A DNA stretch of 49,030 nt from a virus (taxonomy: Duplodnaviria; Heunggongvirae; Uroviricota; Caudoviricetes): the IMG/VR virus record IMGVR_UViG_2721755658_000001, one strand, 5' to 3'. How positions within the stretch are numbered: the first letter of the stretch is position 1; each line of letters opens with the position of its first letter. The notes under the pieces were generated by a model. The model was not told the DNA's origin and ran no database searches. It was given only the letters and a program-made list of their open reading frames with translations. This document shows positions 1 to 8,881 of this stretch, piece after piece. The translations under genes were made by a program, and so were the position numbers.

Positions 1-1
1 A

Positions 2-1282
2 TTAATTTTTCATTGCTTCGTTATGGGGCATGGTTGGGGCAAACTCGCTTAACTGTGTATTTAACAAAGCTACCTGTGCATTATTGTTTTCAGACATCCA
101 TTTTCCGTATACCTGAAATACCATTTGCGCATCTGCATGGCCCATCTGGTTTGCTATAAATGCCGGGTTAGCACCAGCTGTCAGCGACCAGCAGGCATAA
201 GTATGTCTCGACTGATATGATTTTCGATGGCGGAGTCCGGCACGTTTTATCGCTGCGTCCCACATCTGCCTTATTGAGTCAACGGTAAAATGGTCACCAT
301 AATTTTTTACTCTCGCTGACACTTCAGGTTGAAAAACAAAGGTGCATTTATGTTTTTCTGTTCTGCCATACTCTCTGAGGTGAACATCAATGATATGCTC
401 TTTGCTCAGTCTCGTTAATGTCATCTGACTCCGGAGAGCGTCGATTGCTGGCTTAATAAGATGAATGACCCGATTGGTTCCCGCCTGTGTTTTTGGGACC
501 GTGAAACGGTCTTTTGCTAAATTTCTCCTGATCATCATTGTTCCATTTTTCAGATCTATGTCCTCCCATCCAAGTGCACACAGCTCACCAGGGCGAACGC
601 CAGTATAAACAGAAACACACCATAAATTTTTGGCTTGCTGATTTCTGCACGCATCGATAAGACGGATGAATTCCTCCCGCGAAAGAGGATCCGGAATGGT
701 TCTTGATTCCTTTAATGGCGAGATCCCCTTAAACGGGTTATCTGCCAGGTAACCGTTATCAACACCAAACTGGAACACGGCGTTAAGATTTGTCATGTAA
801 TTATTTACAGTTACAGCCGATCTCCCTGGTTGTGTAACAATATAGTTACTTTTGGGGATCTGGTATCCAGTCAGTAGCTCTTTACGAACCTCCAGTAATT
901 TTTCTTTATTAATCGATGAGGCAAGATTTTTTTCACCGATTATGCTCAGGATATTTTTGATGACGGCACGGTATGTGTTGAGTGATGTTTTTGCGACTTC
1001 AGTTTCTTTCAGTGCCAGAAATTTTTCAGCCAGTTCTTTTATGGTTAAATCTTGTCGGGCCTCACCAAATTTTTCCAGATTGCGTGAGGAGGGAAACTGT
1101 TTTGCATAGTCGAAAACACCAGTTTTTATTGCGTAACAAACAGAGGCGCGTAGCTCACCTGCAACGCGCCTGTTTTTTGCTGTGTCAGGAACCCCCAGGT
1201 TTTCCCTGACTCTTACGCCTTTATAAACAAACCAGATACGTAATTTCCCTCCATGGTTTTCCACGCCTGTCGGATATTTCAT
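2..1282 (-). CDS. int: Phage integrase, tyrosine recombinase
   Basis: C-terminal catalytic region (..SRHTYACWSLTAGANPAFIANQMGHAD..) typical of lambda-family integrases; start chosen at MKYPTG (SD-like GAGAAG upstream); ORF could start 15 nt earlier at 1297. Confidence 0.9.
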   Translation of the reverse strand: MKYPTGVENHGGKLRIWFVYKGVRVRENLGVPDTAKNRRVAGELRASVCYAIKTGVFDYAKQFPSSRNLEKFGEARQDLTIKELAEKFLALKETEVAKTSLNTYRAVIKNILSIIGEKNLASSINKEKLLEVRKELLTGYQIPKSNYIVTQPGRSAVTVNNYMTNLNAVFQFGVDNGYLADNPFKGISPLKESRTIPDPLSREEFIRLIDACRNQQAKNLWCVSVYTGVRPGELCALGWEDIDLKNGTMMIRRNLAKDRFTVPKTQAGTNRVIHLIKPAIDALRSQMTLTRLSKEHIIDVHLREYGRTEKHKCTFVFQPEVSARVKNYGDHFTVDSIRQMWDAAIKRAGLRHRKSYQSRHTYACWSLTAGANPAFIANQMGHADAQMVFQVYGKWMSENNNAQVALLNTQLSEFAPTMPHNEAMKN

Positions 1283-1316
1283 TTCAACTTCTCTCATTAG
1301 TTAGTGTGGCTTTTAG

Positions 1317-1568
1317 TCAAGTAAGATGACGTCTTGGTCTTGCTGATGCCTGGCGCTCAATCCAGCGATCAATTTCTTCCAGGTTGTAAAAGCATGGACT
1401 GTTATCCCATGGCATACCGTCATGAGCGACATGCTTATATTCCCTTCCTTCCATAAACGATTTTTCCCGGGCCTTTTTTAACGTACCTTTTTTTATTCCT
1501 TTCAGCGCAATTAACTGCTCTTCGGATACCCATTTGCCGGGAGAGACAATCATGATTACTTCGCTCAT
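1317..1568 (-). CDS. xis: Excisionase-like protein (Xis)
   Basis: 83-aa ORF directly upstream of int on the same strand; GREY motif resembles lambda Xis DGREY. Confidence 0.65.
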   Translation of the reverse strand: MSEVIMIVSPGKWVSEEQLIALKGIKKGTLKKAREKSFMEGREYKHVAHDGMPWDNSPCFYNLEEIDRWIERQASARPRRHLT

Positions 1569-1640
1569 CGATTTCTTTATCTCTTACATCAGACGAGCGC
1601 CGGTTGCAGAATACCAGTCACAACCGGCGACAGTTGAACA

Positions 1641-4112
1641 TTAAGAATCAGCCTGACTCGGGATCAGTTTTTGCCAGATAGCTGAAACGTATTTTGCCTG
1701 GTAACGGGCGTCATCAAGTGCATTATGGCGCTCACCTTCGAATGGAATAGCCGTTCTGGCATCGAAGTCTATGGCTTTCCCCAGCTCAACGATTGTGCGT
1801 ACATCGCGATCGTTGTAGTAACGCCACGGGCAGGGGATCCCCTGCCGTTCGTATGAACGGCGCAAAATCGTGTTGTCGAAGTTGGCTCCATTTCCCCAGA
1901 CATGAACAAAAAATTCACCGGAGTTTTCGTCGATAAATTCCCGCAATTGTAACAGTGCATCATCTAACGGGATTTCATCGGTCATAATGGCAGATTGCGC
2001 TTCGCGTGATTGTTTAAGCCACCATTTAATGGTGTCCCGATCAATGACTCCGCCAGCAGTTTCCAGATCGATAGTCTTACTAAATTCCGGTCCCATATCT
2101 CCGGTTTGCGGATCGAAAAATATTGCACCTATTGAGATAATCGGGGCATCGGGATTTTTTCCCATGGTTTCAAGGTCGATCATCAGATGAATCCCCGCTC
2201 TGCTGGTGGATGTGAGATTATGATGACCGTTTGCCTTAATTAAGGGATCTGACGCCTCGCCAGTTTCACTATCGCTGGCATGATGCTGATTGCCGCCAGT
2301 GTTCTCCTTGTGCTGATGCGCAGTGCCTTCCATTTCCTCCGGATCATTTTCCTGAACTTCAGGCTGATTCTCTCCATCGAATATTTCCTGGTATGTTGCG
2401 TCACCCATCACCGCACCACAATCAGGGCAGTTGCCGCCACCGCTCTGACCGCAGGCGGTGCAGATCTTTTCCGGTTCCTGTTGCACTACTGGTTCAGGTT
2501 GTTTCGTTTCTGGCTCGTTTTGTTGCGTATTTGGGCTGTTTTGTTCCGCTTTCTGGTCGTTCTGTTCCGTTTCTTGCTGGTTCTGGTTCACAGAATCGCG
2601 GGTCTGGATCCCCTTAATCCATTTCGGATCATTCGGGTCGCTAATCCCTTCAACAAATTCACCACGTGATACTGCAAGCAGTTCATCGGCGTCAGGCTGG
2701 CTGATATTGGCTGCCTGCATAATTTTGTTTACTTCGTCAGCGGTAACTTTTACTGACCCTGGTTGTGCGGTCGTGTCAGATGCACCAGTATTTTGTTGTG
2801 AACCTGAGTATGTACCGTTTTTGCGGGCGAAATATTCTTCTTTCGTGATTTCAGTAGCCCCAGCAGACAGCGCCTTATCCAGACCAGAAAGTTTATTTGC
2901 GCGACCGTATTTTTCGCCATCCTTGTCGGTGAAGAGGAAGTAGAACGGCCCCTCACGTTCTACAGATGGTTCGACTTCCACTTTGCATTCGGTTTTTTCG
3001 TTGTCTGGAATTGCCGTTTCCACTGCATCAGTTTCTGGTACTGGCGACGAGAGAGTATCAGTTGCGCTCTGATTTGTTCCTTCATCTTCAAACACGCCCT
3101 TTGTAGTCAGGTATTCAGTAATGTATTTGTTCAGTGCCACAGGGTCTTTGTGAATGTCGATCGGACGTTCACGGACAAGGCCAAAAATAGTCTGGCGGTC
3201 GTAGCGAAGGGCATCAGGCTGTTTGCGCATTGATGCCGAGATACGCTTCCAGTCTTCGCGGTCGTTGTCGATAACTTCATTTTTTGCCCAGCGATGGATG
3301 CTGCCGTCAATGTTTCCGGCATCCACATCACCAGGCCAGAGAGCGTAGGCCAGTTCGTCATCCAGTGTTTTCCATGTCTGCTTGTATTCGCGATGAATGG
3401 CAGCAATGACCGGGTTGATTTTTCCTGTTGAATTTTCAGTGTGCTGTTGATTGGCTCTGGCGCGGGCGAGATCAACAACAGACGTGTATTTTCCGGCTTC
3501 CTTGCGTTCACCTTCGCGACGTTTTTTCCAGATGCGCATCTCTGCCTGAATTTCGGGCCATTTGGCACCAGGCTTACATTTATGCTTAACCCACCCGATG
3601 GCATGCAGCTTAAGCTCCGGATACATAGCGTTAACTTCTGGCATTTTCATCAACGCTTCAACGATATGGCCGTCGAATGTTGCCATGTCTTCCTGCAACA
3701 ATTCCTGTGCGCTAATCACCATATCAACAGTGATGTTTTCACATGTGTCGAACTTAACCATGACAGCGTTCTGTACTTCAGGGGCTAGGTTGTCAAAAGT
3801 GACGTTCATCGGATCGGATTCAGTCTCGACCGGGACAAAGGAAGCAGACGCCTCATCCCAGCGGTTTTCCTGCATATATTCAGCATCCCAGGAATCGAGG
3901 GCAGGGCGGGGTATACCGGGTTTATCCTCGCAAACAAGAAATTTATAAGCGCAGTCCTGAGCAGCCGGATAATGTTCCAGGAATTGCCAGTGAAATTTTG
4001 CGCGGGCGCGACGTTCATCACCGGCTTCAATGGCAGTGGCTACAGCGACGGCACCTTCTTCCTTTATTGCCTGTTCGTCCGGAATGGCGGCGCAAATAAA
4101 GACTTTACTCAT
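1641..4112 (-). CDS. Exonuclease, 823 aa (RecE/exodeoxyribonuclease VIII-like region plus C-terminal DEDDh-type 3'-5' exonuclease domain)
   Basis: C-terminal motifs DLETMG ... HNALDDARYQAKY typical of DnaQ-like exonucleases; central CxxC..CxxC zinc ribbon; position in early-left operon. Confidence 0.75.
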   Translation of the reverse strand: MSKVFICAAIPDEQAIKEEGAVAVATAIEAGDERRARAKFHWQFLEHYPAAQDCAYKFLVCEDKPGIPRPALDSWDAEYMQENRWDEASASFVPVETESDPMNVTFDNLAPEVQNAVMVKFDTCENITVDMVISAQELLQEDMATFDGHIVEALMKMPEVNAMYPELKLHAIGWVKHKCKPGAKWPEIQAEMRIWKKRREGERKEAGKYTSVVDLARARANQQHTENSTGKINPVIAAIHREYKQTWKTLDDELAYALWPGDVDAGNIDGSIHRWAKNEVIDNDREDWKRISASMRKQPDALRYDRQTIFGLVRERPIDIHKDPVALNKYITEYLTTKGVFEDEGTNQSATDTLSSPVPETDAVETAIPDNEKTECKVEVEPSVEREGPFYFLFTDKDGEKYGRANKLSGLDKALSAGATEITKEEYFARKNGTYSGSQQNTGASDTTAQPGSVKVTADEVNKIMQAANISQPDADELLAVSRGEFVEGISDPNDPKWIKGIQTRDSVNQNQQETEQNDQKAEQNSPNTQQNEPETKQPEPVVQQEPEKICTACGQSGGGNCPDCGAVMGDATYQEIFDGENQPEVQENDPEEMEGTAHQHKENTGGNQHHASDSETGEASDPLIKANGHHNLTSTSRAGIHLMIDLETMGKNPDAPIISIGAIFFDPQTGDMGPEFSKTIDLETAGGVIDRDTIKWWLKQSREAQSAIMTDEIPLDDALLQLREFIDENSGEFFVHVWGNGANFDNTILRRSYERQGIPCPWRYYNDRDVRTIVELGKAIDFDARTAIPFEGERHNALDDARYQAKYVSAIWQKLIPSQADS

Positions 4113-4204
4113 TTTGTTTTACCTCATTACAGATTTAAGGGTGAACAAATCCCTGCCATTGCTGGCATATAAGAATGAAATCGGATGTTTATTACGGAAC
4201 TGTT

Positions 4205-4396
4205 TTAAAGACCTGCCGGGATTTCGTTATTATCCTGGTGAATAACTTTATCGACCGGGTAACAGTTACCGGGAATTTTCTGTTCGGTTGCTGCAGTCAT
4301 ACACTCCTGCATTGTCCTGTGAACACTGACTGCAATATCAACTGGCTCTCCGGAAACAAGAAAAACTGTCAGAACAAGCGCAAATGCTGAATTCAT
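4205..4396 (-). CDS. ydfD: YdfD-like small membrane lysis protein (63 aa)
   Basis: 63-aa ORF with N-terminal hydrophobic segment; ATGA overlap with dicB stop; SD AAGGA 8 nt upstream. Confidence 0.7.
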   Translation of the reverse strand: MNSAFALVLTVFLVSGEPVDIAVSVHRTMQECMTAATEQKIPGNCYPVDKVIHQDNNEIPAGL

Positions 4397-4581
4397 TGTG
4401 CACATCCTTTTGGCATCAGACGTAAACGAGCCAGCATTGAAACAATGCATATTTTATTTAATAGCTCCCGTTCTTGTTTTCTCTTGTTAATGGCATCTTC
4501 AGTAAATACAGGGTTACTGATAGTGACACCAATTTCAAAACAACCTTCAGACGTATTAACGTTTGGTAATAACGTTTTCAT
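4393..4581 (-). CDS. dicB: Cell division inhibitor DicB (62 aa)
   Basis: Protein MKTLLPNVNTSEGCFEIGVTISNPVFTEDAINKRKQERELLNKICIVSMLARLRLMPKGCAQ matches recalled DicB; dicF lies immediately upstream. Confidence 0.85.
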   Translation of the reverse strand: MKTLLPNVNTSEGCFEIGVTISNPVFTEDAINKRKQERELLNKICIVSMLARLRLMPKGCAQ

Positions 4582-4750
4582 TATCGCGTCCTCAACAATG
4601 AATTTTGTGATGCAGTGCCTGGTGCCTCCAGGTGACGTTAACCAGTTAACAATTAACGCCGGATACAGAGAATCCACCCATAACACTGTTTTTGGTTTTA
4701 ACTGTTCCGCGTGCGCTTAGCCGCATTCACCGCATCACAAAATTCACTTT

Positions 4751-4808
4751 AAAAACGGCGGCAGAGCAGTCACGGAGTAAAACTGATACCGCCAAACGTC
4801 ACCAGAAA
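4751..4808 (-). ncRNA. dicF: DicF small regulatory RNA (ftsZ-targeting sRNA of the dicB operon)
   Basis: Reverse complement reads TTTCTGGTGACGTTTGGCGGTATCAGTTTTACTCCGTGACTGCTCTGCCGCCGTTTTT, matching recalled DicF with its terminator hairpin. Confidence 0.85.
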
Positions 4809-5067
4809 ATTGATAACAGAGGGCGTTGCAGCGGGGTTGTCACTTAAGCGTATGGTCAACCTGACAACTCGGTGTCCTCAACGGGGAAGGAATAACCCCG
4901 CCATACTTACCGCCGCGCCATTTCGCGGGTTGCCACAACCGGAAGCGCACGGTCGAATTAAATTTAACGACACCGTACAGTGAGACGAACTTCGCCGTGC
5001 GCTTTCGTGTTGTGTGCCTGCTTTTAACCACGTCAGGCGAGGTGGTATCCTTAAAATCACCACAGTT

Positions 5068-5643
5068 TTAAGGATTCATTAAGCAATGTCGCAACCACCA
5101 ATAAATCCGCTTAAGAACATGAAAATTGATTACTGGTATAAAGCGCTTACAGTTGTTGGCGCTGCGTTGTTTGTCTTTAATGGATCGTCTTTTTTTGACA
5201 GATATCCCGTTGTTCCATTGGGTTTTTTGTCCTCCGGCATCTTTTTTATTGGTTTGGGGGAGTGGATTAATCACCCTCTCAAAGTGAGATTTATTGGTCC
5301 TGGAGTTTGGACTCGTGGATATAATCGTTCTTCGTGCGCACTCGGTATCATCTTCGACATACTTGGTTGTTTCCTGATTGTTACAGGAGTCGTCAAGTTC
5401 TTCTGATGTAAAACCGCAAATGGGGCACGTAACGGGAATTTTGAAAAGCGTTTCTCCGGGTTCCAGAACAAAATTTTCTGCGGTCTGATTTTGCTTCTCA
5501 TATTTGTGCTCCGCGTCATTGTGAGAGCACATTCTTATTCTGAGTGCCTGTTTAAACTCACTGAAGCTGAGAGCTTCTTCGCCTTCGGCAAGACCTTCGA
5601 AGTATTCTTCGTAAGCCTTTTCCATGATTGTGTCGAAATCCAT
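5068..5643 (-). CDS. Hypothetical protein of the dicB operon (YdfB/YdfC region, apparently one fused ORF; CPICG zinc-ribbon motif)
   Basis: ORF starts 1 nt after ydfA stop; N-terminal half acidic and protein-like; C-terminal half overlaps a plus-strand ORF and is less convincing. Confidence 0.45.
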   Translation of the reverse strand: MDFDTIMEKAYEEYFEGLAEGEEALSFSEFKQALRIRMCSHNDAEHKYEKQNQTAENFVLEPGETLFKIPVTCPICGFTSEELDDSCNNQETTKYVEDDTECARRTIISTSPNSRTNKSHFERVINPLPQTNKKDAGGQKTQWNNGISVKKRRSIKDKQRSANNCKRFIPVINFHVLKRIYWWLRHCLMNP

Positions 5644-5644
5644 A

Positions 5645-5800
5645 TCACTCACCTGAGTTTCTTTCCAGCCAGCGACGGGCACCATTTTCGGTTTTAAACG
5701 TTTTGCTTTTGGTATACGTCATCGCGGTGAACGTACCGTCCTGGTTGGGGAACACGCCACATACCAGAGATTCGCTGTTGCCAAGATCGAAAGTATCCAT
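5645..5800 (-). CDS. ydfA: YdfA-like small protein (51 aa), first gene of dicB operon
   Basis: 51-aa ORF with GAGG SD; directly downstream of the operator-containing intergenic region. Confidence 0.65.
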   Translation of the reverse strand: MDTFDLGNSESLVCGVFPNQDGTFTAMTYTKSKTFKTENGARRWLERNSGE

Positions 5801-5987
5801 GCTGACCTCATTTCCCCTTAACGCCGGGGTAGCGGAACAAAAACCTGCTGCATAGTTATTAAAGTTGAACCCTGCCGTCATGTTCTTACGCCTCGGGCTG
5901 GCTACTTAACCCCTGACCACTGCCTGGTAACTCGAAGTATTGCCCTGCATTCTGTGGAGCGGGGTGAGTTGGTATGAAAAGAAGGAT

Positions 5988-6024
5988 ACCCATAGGTATT
6001 TAAAAAGTAAATACCCATGGGTAA
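5988..6024. promoter_or_regulatory. Two palindromic operator sites (TACCCATAGGTA, TACCCATGGGTA) upstream of the dicB operon
   Basis: 12-bp palindromes at 5988-5999 and 6013-6024, 25 bp apart; same motif recurs between repressor and cro. Confidence 0.6.
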
Positions 6025-6065
6025 CTTTTTGCGGTGTCTTAACTGGTGACTAGTTGTTTGGTGAG

Positions 6066-6485
6066 CTATGATGCGTTTTGTGCTTTCTTTTTACGGATTT
6101 CTTCGTAGATCATATTGTAATACTGTTTTTTCTCTTCAAGAGTTTTTAATAAGTTATCCGCTTCACTTTCTGGCAGTTCGTCTAAGAGATCTAAAAAAAT
6201 ACGTTGTCGTGGCGTTAGAACCCTTGTTTCATAACTGGAGGCTGTGTTCGTTGATGATGAAACGATACCATCCATCCATCCCCGGGGTAACCCAAAGGAC
6301 TCTTCGATAATCTCCACCATATCATCAGCGATCCGTTTTTTTCCCTTTTTCCCCTCTGGGTACAACATTCTTGATACATAAGAAGGCTCGCGCCCGATCT
6401 TTCTGGCCACGTTAACCGCTTTACCATCGCATTTCTCATCACGAATTTTGATGAGTTGCTGTCGTCTAAATTCATATTTGTCCAT
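6066..6485 (-). CDS. Prophage repressor (HTH DNA-binding protein, CI/DicA functional analogue)
   Basis: HTH-like segment VNVARKIGREPSYVSRML; divergent from cro-like gene; operator overlaps its start codon. Confidence 0.7.
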   Translation of the reverse strand: MDKYEFRRQQLIKIRDEKCDGKAVNVARKIGREPSYVSRMLYPEGKKGKKRIADDMVEIIEESFGLPRGWMDGIVSSSTNTASSYETRVLTPRQRIFLDLLDELPESEADNLLKTLEEKKQYYNMIYEEIRKKKAQNAS

Positions 6486-6560
6486 AGGTAAATAATAGAT
6501 GCGATTACTGCAAGGTAAACAACCTGTGGGTATTGACTTTTGTTTACCTATGGGTATTCT
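6480..6560. promoter_or_regulatory. Right operator/promoter region: three operator copies and a candidate PR promoter for the cro-like gene
   Basis: Operator-like sites at 6480-6491, 6521-6532, 6545-6556; -35 TTGACT 6533-6538, -10-like TATTCT 6555-6560. Confidence 0.55.
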
Positions 6561-6585
6561 TTGCTGTGTTTACTAAGGAGTAGCT

Positions 6586-6867
6586 ATGGAAGAATTAAGA
6601 ATATTTCTCAATTCTCTTTCGTCAGATGAACAGCGTATGTTTGCATGCGAGTGTGGTACCAGCATCGGTTATCTAAGAAAGGCATTGAGTAAAGGTCAAG
6701 TGTTAGGGGCATCGTTATGTGTCCTTATTGAGCGAGCCAGTAATGGTGAAGTTACACGTCAGCAACTAAGGCCTTTTGATTGGATGAATATTTGGCCCGA
6801 GCTGGAAGATACCAAAACGTTAACACAACCACTTTCTAGGAGCTTGATTCATGAAAATCAAGCATGA
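6586..6867 (+). CDS. Cro-like / YdaS-family HTH protein
   Basis: 93-aa ORF with strong SD TAAGGAG, divergent from repressor; YdaS-like sequence pattern (recalled family). Confidence 0.65.
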   Translation: MEELRIFLNSLSSDEQRMFACECGTSIGYLRKALSKGQVLGASLCVLIERASNGEVTRQQLRPFDWMNIWPELEDTKTLTQPLSRSLIHENQA

Positions 6868-7276
6868 ACACATCCGCATGGCGATGAATGCCTGGGCGCA
6901 TCCGGACGGTGAAAAAGTTCCGGCAGCTGAAATAACCAGGGCTTATTTTGAACTGGGTATGACGTTCCCAGAACTGTATGACGACAGCCATCCGGAAGCC
7001 CTGGCTCGCAATACCCAGAAAATTTTCCGCTGGGTAGAGAAAGACACCCCTGATGCAGTTGAAAAAATTCAGGCGTTGTTACCAGCGATCGAAAAGGCAA
7101 TGCCACCTTTGCTGGTGGCCAGAATGCGCAGCCACAGTTCAGCTTATTTTCGGGAGCTGGTGGAGACGCGGGAGCGACTGGTGAGAGACGCTGATGATTT
7201 TGTCGCAGTGGCAATCGCCGGTTTCAATCAGATGAACCGTGGTGGCCCGGCAGGAAATGCTGTGGCAGTGCATTGA
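6851..7276 (+). CDS. YdaT-family protein
   Basis: Begins MKIKHEHI, characteristic of YdaT-like prophage proteins; SD AGGAG 8 nt upstream; overlaps previous gene. Confidence 0.6.
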   Translation: MKIKHEHIRMAMNAWAHPDGEKVPAAEITRAYFELGMTFPELYDDSHPEALARNTQKIFRWVEKDTPDAVEKIQALLPAIEKAMPPLLVARMRSHSSAYFRELVETRERLVRDADDFVAVAIAGFNQMNRGGPAGNAVAVH

Positions 7277-7347
7277 GTGATAATAGCCATATCGAATCGC
7301 TTCCGGCAACTCGTGAGTAAAAAGATTCGGTATCAGAAGAGGTGAGT

Positions 7348-8418
7348 ATGGCTAACGCCTGGCTCAGATTATGGCATGACATGCCAAATGACCCTAAGTG
7401 GCGAACAATTGCCAGGGTGTCAGGGCAGCCAATTGCAACAGTGATGGCAGTGTATATCCACCTCCTGGTGAGCGCGTCACGAAATGTCACGCGAGGTCAC
7501 ATTGATGTCACGACAGAAGATTTAGCAAGTGCGCTCGACGTGACAGAAGAGGTAATTGATTCAATTTTGCAGACGATGCAGGGGCGGGTACTTGATGGTG
7601 ATTTAATCACTGGATGGGAAAAACGCCAGGTGCTGAAAGAGGACAACGGCAATATTTCGCAAACCGCAAAATCTCCTGCAGAGCGCAAGAGGGCGCAGCG
7701 AGAGAGGGAAAGAAAGCGGGAACAAAATGGCGATTGTCACGGCGCGTCACGAAATGTCACGCACATGTCACGACGAGTCACGACAGATAAAGATACAGAT
7801 AAAGATACAGATCAAGAAGATCAAAACACTATGGTCCATGGCGTAAAAAACGCCACGAACCAGGCAGGGGATGTTCAGACCGTCAATCTTGGTCAGCCAG
7901 CAGGCACGACACCGGAAGCCGATTCAGCGTATGCGCTGAAAGCCGATTCGGGCGCTGTGCAGCAGGTGATGACCGCAAGGGCGGAGCAATCACACCAACT
8001 GCAGCAGCCTGAAGCCGATTCCGCCATTCAGCGGGAAGCCGATCGGGTAGTCCCGGAAAACACCGGGCAGTCTGTGGGACGAGTGGATTATCCGGATGTG
8101 TTCGAACAGGTCTGGCGGGAGTACCCGTTGCGTGCTGGGGCAAACCCGAAGAAATCCGCTTTCAGTGCCTGGAAGGCCAGATTACGCGAGGGGGTGCCAC
8201 CAGAGGCCATGCTGGATGGCGTGAGGCGTTACGCAAGATACCTGGCGGCTACCAGGAAAACGGGAACGGAATTTGTTCAGCGAGCTACGACGTTTTTTGG
8301 ACCGGACCGGAATTTTGAAAACCCTTGGTTGCTCCCGGTAAGCGGCACGAACAACCAGCGTTGTGTGAATCATATTTCTGAACCGGATACCGAAATTCCG
8401 CCGGGCTTCAGGGGGTAA
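7348..8418 (+). CDS. Phage replication initiation protein (replisome organizer), contains the candidate origin iterons
   Basis: Position after cro module; SD GAGG upstream of ATG 7348 (ORF opens with GTG at 7342); internal GTCACG iterons; basic/acidic linker. Confidence 0.65.
   Translation: MANAWLRLWHDMPNDPKWRTIARVSGQPIATVMAVYIHLLVSASRNVTRGHIDVTTEDLASALDVTEEVIDSILQTMQGRVLDGDLITGWEKRQVLKEDNGNISQTAKSPAERKRAQRERERKREQNGDCHGASRNVTHMSRRVTTDKDTDKDTDQEDQNTMVHGVKNATNQAGDVQTVNLGQPAGTTPEADSAYALKADSGAVQQVMTARAEQSHQLQQPEADSAIQREADRVVPENTGQSVGRVDYPDVFEQVWREYPLRAGANPKKSAFSAWKARLREGVPPEAMLDGVRRYARYLAATRKTGTEFVQRATTFFGPDRNFENPWLLPVSGTNNQRCVNHISEPDTEIPPGFRG
7476..7818. repeat. Candidate replication origin: two clusters of GTCACG iterons at helical spacing plus tandem 12-bp repeats
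   Basis: GTCACG at 7476, 7486, 7496, 7507 and at 7736, 7746, 7756, 7767, 7777; tandem ACAGATAAAGAT at 7783-7818; A-rich tract follows. Confidence 0.55.
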
Positions 8419-8458
8419 GTGTTTATTTCAGGTTATGAGGTAATTTTCAGGAGGACTT

Positions 8459-8881
8459 GTGGCAAAAGTATTTACACAGGAAGAGCGGGAAAAAATTAAA
8501 GGGCAGATTGTTGAGCTAGTACGCCGGAGTGGGCGCGAGACGTTACGGCAACTGAAAGCCAAGACAGGTGCGACAAGATATCTGATGAGCGTTCTTGCCA
8601 GAGAGCTGGTTGCCAGTGGCGATGTATACAACTCCGGCTACGGGTTATTCCCGTCTGAACAGGCGCGTAAGGACTGGCAAAACGCCCGCAAAAAACTCTC
8701 GAGGGCAAAGGGGAATAAACCGGCTATGGTTGATCCGGAGCTTATCTGGTCATTACCTGACGGAGAAATACGTCGCTACGACAGGCATCATAATATAATT
8801 TGTAGTGAGTGCCGTAAAAGCGAAGTTATGCAGCGCATATTGTCGTTTTATCAGGGGGATTCTCAGTATTTATTGAAGTGA
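8459..8881 (+). CDS. Hypothetical phage protein (140 aa)
   Basis: GTG start with AGGAG SD 4 nt upstream; contains CxxC pair. Confidence 0.5.
   Translation: MAKVFTQEEREKIKGQIVELVRRSGRETLRQLKAKTGATRYLMSVLARELVASGDVYNSGYGLFPSEQARKDWQNARKKLSRAKGNKPAMVDPELIWSLPDGEIRRYDRHHNIICSECRKSEVMQRILSFYQGDSQYLLK

Noticed and set aside
2280-2943. Plus-strand ORFs (129, 74, 161 aa) antisense to the exonuclease gene
   Set aside because: Lie within the low-complexity linker of the exonuclease; Cys/Phe/Arg-rich junk translations
4840-5063. Two minus-strand ORFs (63 and 61 aa) just upstream of dicF
   Set aside because: Arg-rich translations across the structured dicF precursor region; more likely RNA leader than protein
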